Position numbers and translations under genes: made by a program
Origin: Mobula hypostoma
Lineage: Eukaryota
Length of the DNA stretch: 64,000 nucleotides
Reading direction: 5' to 3'
Assembly (NCBI RefSeq): GCF_963921235.1
Contig: NC_086108.1
Location: 52,578,001 to 52,642,000 of the forward strand
Notes under the pieces: generated by a model
Seen by the model: the letters and a program-made list of their open reading frames with translations, nothing else
The model's database searches: none
What the model was told of the DNA's origin: nothing
Part shown: in pieces, positions 1 through 64,000 of the stretch
Layout of the letters: each line of letters starts with the position of its first letter
Numbering within the stretch: the first letter of the stretch is position 1

Positions 1-164
1 AACTCCCACCATCCCCGGGGGGGGGGGGGGGGGCTGATATCAACCACTTTGGGAACAACTGCAGAGCTATCCCAACAAATACAGCTGTTGTGAATGTCCT
101 CTATCCTTTATTACAAAGAGTTTTAATATGGAAACACAGGATAATGTAGCCTTGGTGATAAATA

Positions 165-1728
165 CAGTGCCTATAAAAGAAAGATATTCCCCCCCCCCCA
201 CCCGGAAGTTTTCATGTTTTGTTTTACAGCATTGAATCACAGTGGATTTAGTTTGGCTTTTTTGACACTGATCAACAGAAAAACTCTTTCGTGTCAAAGT
301 GAAAACAGATCTCCACAAAGTGTTTTAAATTAGTTACAGATATAAAACACAAATTAATTAATTTCATAAGTATTCACCCCCCTTCAAGTCAGTATTTAAA
401 GATTGCACCTTTGGCAGCAATTACAGCCTTGAGTCTGTGTGGATCGGTCTCTATCAGCTTTGCACATCGGGACACTGCAATTTTTCGGCATTCTTCTTTA
501 CTGTGGAAGCTCTGTCAAATTACATTGAGATTGTGAATGAACAACCCTTTTCAAGTCCATCCACAATTTCTCAATTGGATTGAGGTCTGGACTCTGACTT
601 GGCCACTCCAGGACATTGACTTCTTTGTTTTCAAGTCATTCATCCGTAGCCTTGGCTTTATGCTTGGGGTCATTATCTTGCGAGAAAACAAATCTCCCAA
701 GATGCAGTTCTCTTGCAAACTGCATGAGGTGTTCCTCCAGGATTTCCCTGTATCTTCCTGCATTCATTTTACCCTCTACCTTCACAAGCCTTCCAGGGCC
801 TGCCGCAGTGAAGCATCCCCCCAGCATGATGCAGCCATCGCCATGCTTCACAGTAGGGATGGTGTGTTTTTGATCATGTGCAGTGTTTGGCTTACACCAA
901 GCATAGCATTTAGTCTGATGGCCATAAAACACAATTTTGGTTTCATCAGACAATAGATCCTTCTTCCAGCTGACCTCAGAGTCTCCCACATGCCTTCTGG
1001 CAAACCCTAGTCAAGATTTCATGTGAGTTTTTTTTCCCAAAAGTGGCTGTCTCTTTGCCACTCCCCCATAAAGCTGCGACTGGTGAAGCACCCAGGCAAC
1101 AGTTGTTGTATGCGCAGTCTCTCCCATCTCAGCTACCGAAGCTTGTAATTCCTCCAGAGTTGTCTTGGGTCTCTGGTGCCCCCCCTCACTTGTCCCCTTC
1201 CTGCAGTCCCTCAGTTTTTGAGAATGGACTGCTCTAGTTGGAATTACAGCTGTGCCATATTCTTTCTGTTTCTTGATGATTGACTTTAGTGTACCCCAAG
1301 GGATATTCAGTGACTGGGAAATTTTCTTGTATCCATCTCCTGACTTGCTTTTCAATGACCTTTTTGCAGAGTTGCTTGGAGTGTTCTTTTGTCTTCATGG
1401 TTTACTTTTTGTCAGGATACTGACTCACCAGCAGTTGGACCTTCCAGATACAGGTGTATTTTTACTACAATCAATCGCCTGCACCAGTGGTGATTTGGTG
1501 TGTCATATTAAAGGAGGATGAACACTTAGGCAATCAATTATTTTGTGTTTCATTATTTGTAATTACTTGAGATCATTTTATGGCAATCTGTTTTCACTGA
1601 CACAGAAGAGCCTTTTTCTGTTGATCAGTGTCAAAAAAGCCAAATTAAATCCAGTGTGATTCAATGTTGTAAAACAATAAAACATGAAAACCCTCCTGGG
1701 GGGGGGTGAATATTTTTTAGAGGCACTG
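165..1728 (-). mobile_element. Tc1-family DNA transposon (family A), full length, transposase frameshifted
   Basis: TA|cagtgcct...aggcactg|TA ends; ~210-bp TIRs with an internal tattcacccc-type direct repeat; ORF pieces GDGYKKIS, LLSDETKI, PTVKHGDG, QDNDPKH. Confidence 0.92.
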
Positions 1729-4056
1729 TATTTGGTGATATGGTGATATATTGTTGAAGTAGCAGTTAAATGTAAAATGTTCTAAGGAAATGCATAAAGC
1801 ACCAAAAACCAAGGAGAAGAGACAGGGAGCATATGAGAGAACGTCTCACAAACAAATGTGACATTTACAGAATAGAAAAAAAAAAGTGATTTTCATTATT
1901 CCTAGTTCAGGACCCAAGCATTGCTAGTGTTATTTTCCCTTTTCAAGTCACCTTTGAACTGAGGTTTTGTACGACCATTTCAGAGGGCTTTTAGGAGTGG
2001 CCACATGTAGGCCTGAGCTAAGTGCTTGCACATTAGTGCCAGTAAAGATGTCAGCAATAAGTGACTGTCTAAACTTTAGCAAAAGCTGGCCATTTGAACA
2101 GGTTATAAGAAACAGCAAAATCCGTGATTCAAAGGTTCTCTGCGAAGTGAGAAACCGCTGGTGGACATCTCCCACAGTGGCTAGAAGTCCACTCACTGGA
2201 GGGAGGATGGAGAACACCCTACACATCTGCTAGCTTGCCTATGGCCCTCATCCCGGATCTTCTAGTCATTGTAATTTGGTACTGCATTGTGCCGTGATCA
2301 AGATTCTCCATGAGAGTTTGAGGGCAGCTTCCACTTGTTGCCAGTAGAAATGCTAAGTTTCTTGAAAGCTTGCTTTACCTAATCCTCACTGTTAAAGAGC
2401 CTAGGATATTGTATGCATTTGTTGCCTTCTGGACTGTATAAGCAGTACTATCTTTATCAGATAATCTTGAGGGACGTGCTTACTGTGACCAAGGCAACAA
2501 ATCCTGCAAGCATTTGGCAAAGTACACGTGAACTGCAAGCCAGTTCTCTTAAAGATCTCCTTGTTCGTAACAAGGACTCTTAATAATTTTTCTGAGACAT
2601 TGAAGGTACTAGCTTTCAGTCTCAGCTCTTCTTTGGAGAATCTGACCCAGCATTTACAGCCATGACTACTGAGGACTCCAGCTAATGGACTGACACGTTT
2701 GTGTCCAAGATTGGCAGCTTTTTTTTCAGATACCCTCTTGAGTTAGATGAATCCTGTGGAAAGTTAACTCAGGGAATCACACAAAATTTATAAGGGACTT
2801 GTCAGAGTAAATCCAAACTCATTATGAAAGTTTGGCCAAGACAGAGAAGAAATATCTTCACATAGGTGGTGGAGAGTCTTTGGAATTCTATAACTGGGTT
2901 GTGGAGGTTCAACTATTGTGCAACCTCAAAACATATTGTGCTATTGTTAGCTATTAAGGGAATTTAGAGATATACGGCTGGTGCAAAAAAAATAGCATTG
3001 AGATAAAAGATTAACCATAAATTTATTAATTGGCAGAGCAGGCACGAGGGGCCAAATGGGACACTACTTTCTCATGACACACGAGGTGAGTTTGCTAAAG
3101 AGGACAGAGAATAGGCCAAGTTGACATCATCCTCTTTCATCCAAGCTTAACTCTGAGGACTTGCCTAATTTGCACAGGTAGAACATCCCCCTATACAAGT
3201 ACTAAGTGACAACAGTCTGTTTTATAAAAGCTTCAAATATACTGAATCAGGAAGTCCGGTTTAAGAAATCAGATTTTAAGTAAAGAAGTACAAATGTTCA
3301 TGTAAATAGACTGTAACTATAAAAGGTCTGTGAAAGGTAGGTCTGATGCATGCAAAATATGGTATATAAAGAGGACAAAGGAGTAAAGGCTTCAAGAGTT
3401 CATCGAAGAGCTTTAAAGACATAGAAGCAAAAAGGTACTACATTTCAAAGCATTTAGGCCATCCACTGAACTACACATTAAAGTCCTTCAGTATGCTACG
3501 TTACAAAGTGCCATGTGTTTACATGCAATGTGTTGTTAAAAGAAAGAAGATTGACTGTGAACAATAGTTTTAGGTGAGGAAAGGTCCTCATGTGCAGTTA
3601 TTTTAAAAGTAAGTAAATCTGGCTATGCAATAAAAATAGCAAGTCAGTCAGCATCTATGAAGAGAATAGCAGAGTTACTGTTCCAGGTCAATGAGCATTC
3701 ATCAGATTGGTCATCAACCTCAATGTAGTTTTACTTCCAAATGAAGGACTTTAAATTCAGGTATAACAGGATATCAAATATAAAACAGGCAGTTCTCCAC
3801 CTGAACTTCACAACACCATGTAGGGCGTGTTTCTATAACAAAGATCTTATCAAACGATATAAACCGTTTGGCCCAATTGGTCTGTGCCTGTACTGGGAAC
3901 CGACAGGAGTCCACTCCCATTCAACTTCACCTCACTCTATCAGTACATTTTTCTATTCCCTTTTGGGATGGATCTTCACTTTGCATCAGGTCACAGTTAC
4001 CTCAGGAGTACCAAAAGTCAGAGGATAAAGCAAGAAGCTTCTATTTTAGCAGGTCA

Positions 4057-61378
<57,322 letters not shown>

Positions 61379-61834
61379 CTGCAAAAGTAGCAAACTCTTA
61401 TGAGCTAATACATACAAAATACCTCAAAGGTTCATTTACTAACTACGCTATTCATGTTTTGCACAGTTTGAAGTTCTGGTTAATATGTGGATGGAATTTA
61501 CTTTCAGCCAGTAGGTGTGGAGAGGGCCAGTGGCTCTCAGTCCCATGGGGGTCCAGTGGAGAAACACTAACATGTCAAACTCTTAACAGCAATAAAGGAA
61601 TGATGATGTGGGTCAAAGCTGGCTGGAACAAAGATGGTGGTGATCACTAAGCTCATTAAAATATTTTAGTTAATGCATGTGGTTTACTTATTTTGTGTTA
61701 TTTTTATATTTATCATTCATCGCTTACATTTTAAGGTATTTTAGTTACACCAGATTTTTAAAAACTCTTTCTACATTACTAACTTTTATGTTTCTTTTAA
61801 TTTAGATCTATCTGACAGTTCAGGACATTTAAAA

Positions 61835-63005
61835 GGCGATGCTATTACAGCTTGGGGGCATCGTGGTTTAATTCCACCGTCATCTGTAAGGAGTCTGTAC
61901 ATTCGCCCCATGGAATGTGTGGGTTTTTTCTGGGTGCTCCAGTTCCCCCCCACCCCCCACAGTCCAAAGACATACTGTTTGGTTGGTCAATTGGTCATTG
62001 TAAATTGTCCTGGGATTAGGCTAGGGTTTGTGACAAGAATACACATAGATTAAGATGTAGCTGTCCTGTGCTGGCACCAGTGGGATCAGCAGTTGGTCTG
62101 CCACCTGTCTTCAGGAGAGAGATAAGGAAAACAATGGAGCAGCATTTGGAGATGTGTAATGAAGGGACGGGAGAGAGAGTAACAGAAGGAGCGAGCTGTC
62201 AAGATCGGCTCACCCTTTGAACCCTGAACTGTTTGAAGTGATGGACAGGCGATACCCCAGCAGGGGGATAAAAAGGGACAGGTTTGCTAAGGCAGGACAC
62301 ACACACACGACACCCGAGGTAACGAGACCCTGGAAGCGGTGCGAATCTCACAAGTCGGTGGGAAGTTTTGGAAGGCCGGTTGCGGGACCAGGCCATAGAC
62401 GCACAGGGTGGAAAGGCACGATCGGCGGGAACCTGGTGTGTGTCCACCCTTGCCTGGGTGCCAGGTTCACCGCAGAGAAACGATCGTATCTGGAAACGGA
62501 GGGGGTCACAGTTGGTGACCTCAGATGACATCACAAAGGACTCGCCCGAAAGCTGACTGCGAAGGTCTGTGTGGAAGCCTTGAATATTCATTCGTTTTGC
62601 TCTCTCTCTCCTTCCCCCACACTGTCCATTTCCCACGGCAGCGATTACTGCGAACTGAACTGAACTAAATTGAACTGAACTTTGCATCACTTTGAAACTG
62701 GTCATTTACCCCTAGACAACGATTGAGCTTGATTGATCCTGTTATCAGAATTCTGTGTACATGTATGTTTATCATTGCTGAACTGTTGCATTCATTATCC
62801 TTTTGATTAGAGTACTGTGTTGCTTGTTTCTTTAATAAAACTTTCTTAGTTCTAGTAATCCAGATTCCAACTGAGTGATCCACTTCTGCTGATTTGGCAA
62901 CCCAGTTACGGGGTACGTAACAGGTTACATTGGGGTTTGCTGGGTGGCATGACTGGAAATGCTGGAAGGGCTTATTCCTGCCTTGTCTCTGAATAAATAA
63001 ACAAA
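61835..63005 (+). mobile_element. V-SINE split by the solo LTR
   Basis: Colinear with the SINE at 49772-50072 on both sides of the LTR. Confidence 0.72.
62029..62922 (+). mobile_element. Solo LTR (894 bp), probably Ty3/Gypsy
   Basis: TGTGAC...GTAACA termini, 4-bp TSD ggtt (62025-62028 and 62923-62926), AATAAA at 62834-62839. Confidence 0.85.
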
Positions 63006-64000
63006 CAGATAGATAGATAAAAGTTATTGCAAAAACCTTTGATGGTGACAAGCAGCCAAAGGTTGTCAGGGCAATCCAGGGCAAGACCCCAAATTCTAGG
63101 GCCCAAGACTCGTTCACTACATGGATTGCCATTTCATTGAAATGAGCACCTTCAGGTATGAGGGATCTTCTACATCCAGGCAGACTATTGCTGGTGGAGG
63201 AGCATTGAGGGTGATAAGGAAGAGCAATGGTAGAGTACCAGAATGTTTCTGGCCAATGATTCTCATGGGGAAACTAATTACAGGAATGAGAGAACCCAAA
63301 ATCAACTGGGAAAAGGTTTATGAGAACAGACTCAATCAACAGACAAATTCAAATGAAGACTCTGGCTATCAAATCTAAAATACTAGTGACACAGAAGAAA
63401 GTGCTTACGTAATTAAAAAGCAAAAATCAACAACCTTACCCTAAAGAAACTCTGATTGTTCTGTTGGACTATGTCCTGGTTATAAGAACAACTTATAATT
63501 AGCTAGGAATTCCAACAATATTGGACACAGTGCTGTGCCTATGAACCAATTATGCTAGCCAAACATGAGAAGTGAAGCTCTGATGTGCACCTTTACAAAG
63601 TTCGGATGTCTGTTGAAATATTGCCTGCTATAATAATACAACTACATATGATATACCAGGTAAAACTTGGGTGTTGAAGAGGTCGATAACTTTGAGACTT
63701 TATACTGAAATGGAGAAATTTCTGACAGCCTTATGAAACACTGCATTGTATACCCTGAATGATGTATAGATTGTACACATAGCTGACGAAGGAAACATGC
63801 TGATCCTTGCATCGATCAGTCATGCCTACATGAACTAATGTTGCAAAGATTAATGCACTCACATATCCAGCTGTCATACATAGTCTGTGCTAAAACTATC
63901 AAAACATAAGCACTCATGATTGCTTTCAGCTTTATTAATCTATGGCAACAATAGACAAATTATTAATGTTATTATTAAACCTAAAGATGACTGTATTCTT

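Noticed and set aside
1..62. Possible hAT terminus (accactttgggaacaactg)
   Set aside because: The partner end and TSD lie outside the window, so it cannot be supported
62199..63378. Overlapping 60-170-aa ORFs as genes
   Set aside because: Most fall within the solo LTR and SINE; none shows a recognisable domain or splice support
61379..64000. Nested ANGPTL3, which lies in a DOCK7 intron in other vertebrates
   Set aside because: No fibrinogen-like or coiled-coil exons recognised on the + strand anywhere in the window; from memory the host intron lies further 5' in DOCK7, beyond this window

Overview
Vertebrate genomic DNA, probably a cartilaginous fish (inferred only from the CR1, V-SINE, DeuSINE and Penelope repeat mix). 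The whole window lies inside one minus-strand gene, DOCK7. Twenty-two GT-AG exons from 61378 down to 4099 splice in frame to 3078 nt (1026 aa), running from the end of the DHR-1/C2 domain to the approach to DHR-2. The introns are packed with decayed and nested transposable elements: CR1, Rex1/Babar, a BovB-like RTE, Penelope-like elements (PLE), two Tc1 families, Tigger/pogo, a Charlie-type hAT, SINEs and a solo LTR. Most notable: (i) a 1.9-kb PLE palindrome with a 13-bp TSD and an intact-looking minimal hammerhead ribozyme in each arm, plus short palindromic relatives; (ii) a foldback Tc1 derivative sharing a breakpoint scar with a second copy; (iii) two MITEs that appear to have moved together with captured DNA; (iv) candidate in-frame cassette exons and microexons in DOCK7. 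All family assignments are by eye and from memory, not from database searches.
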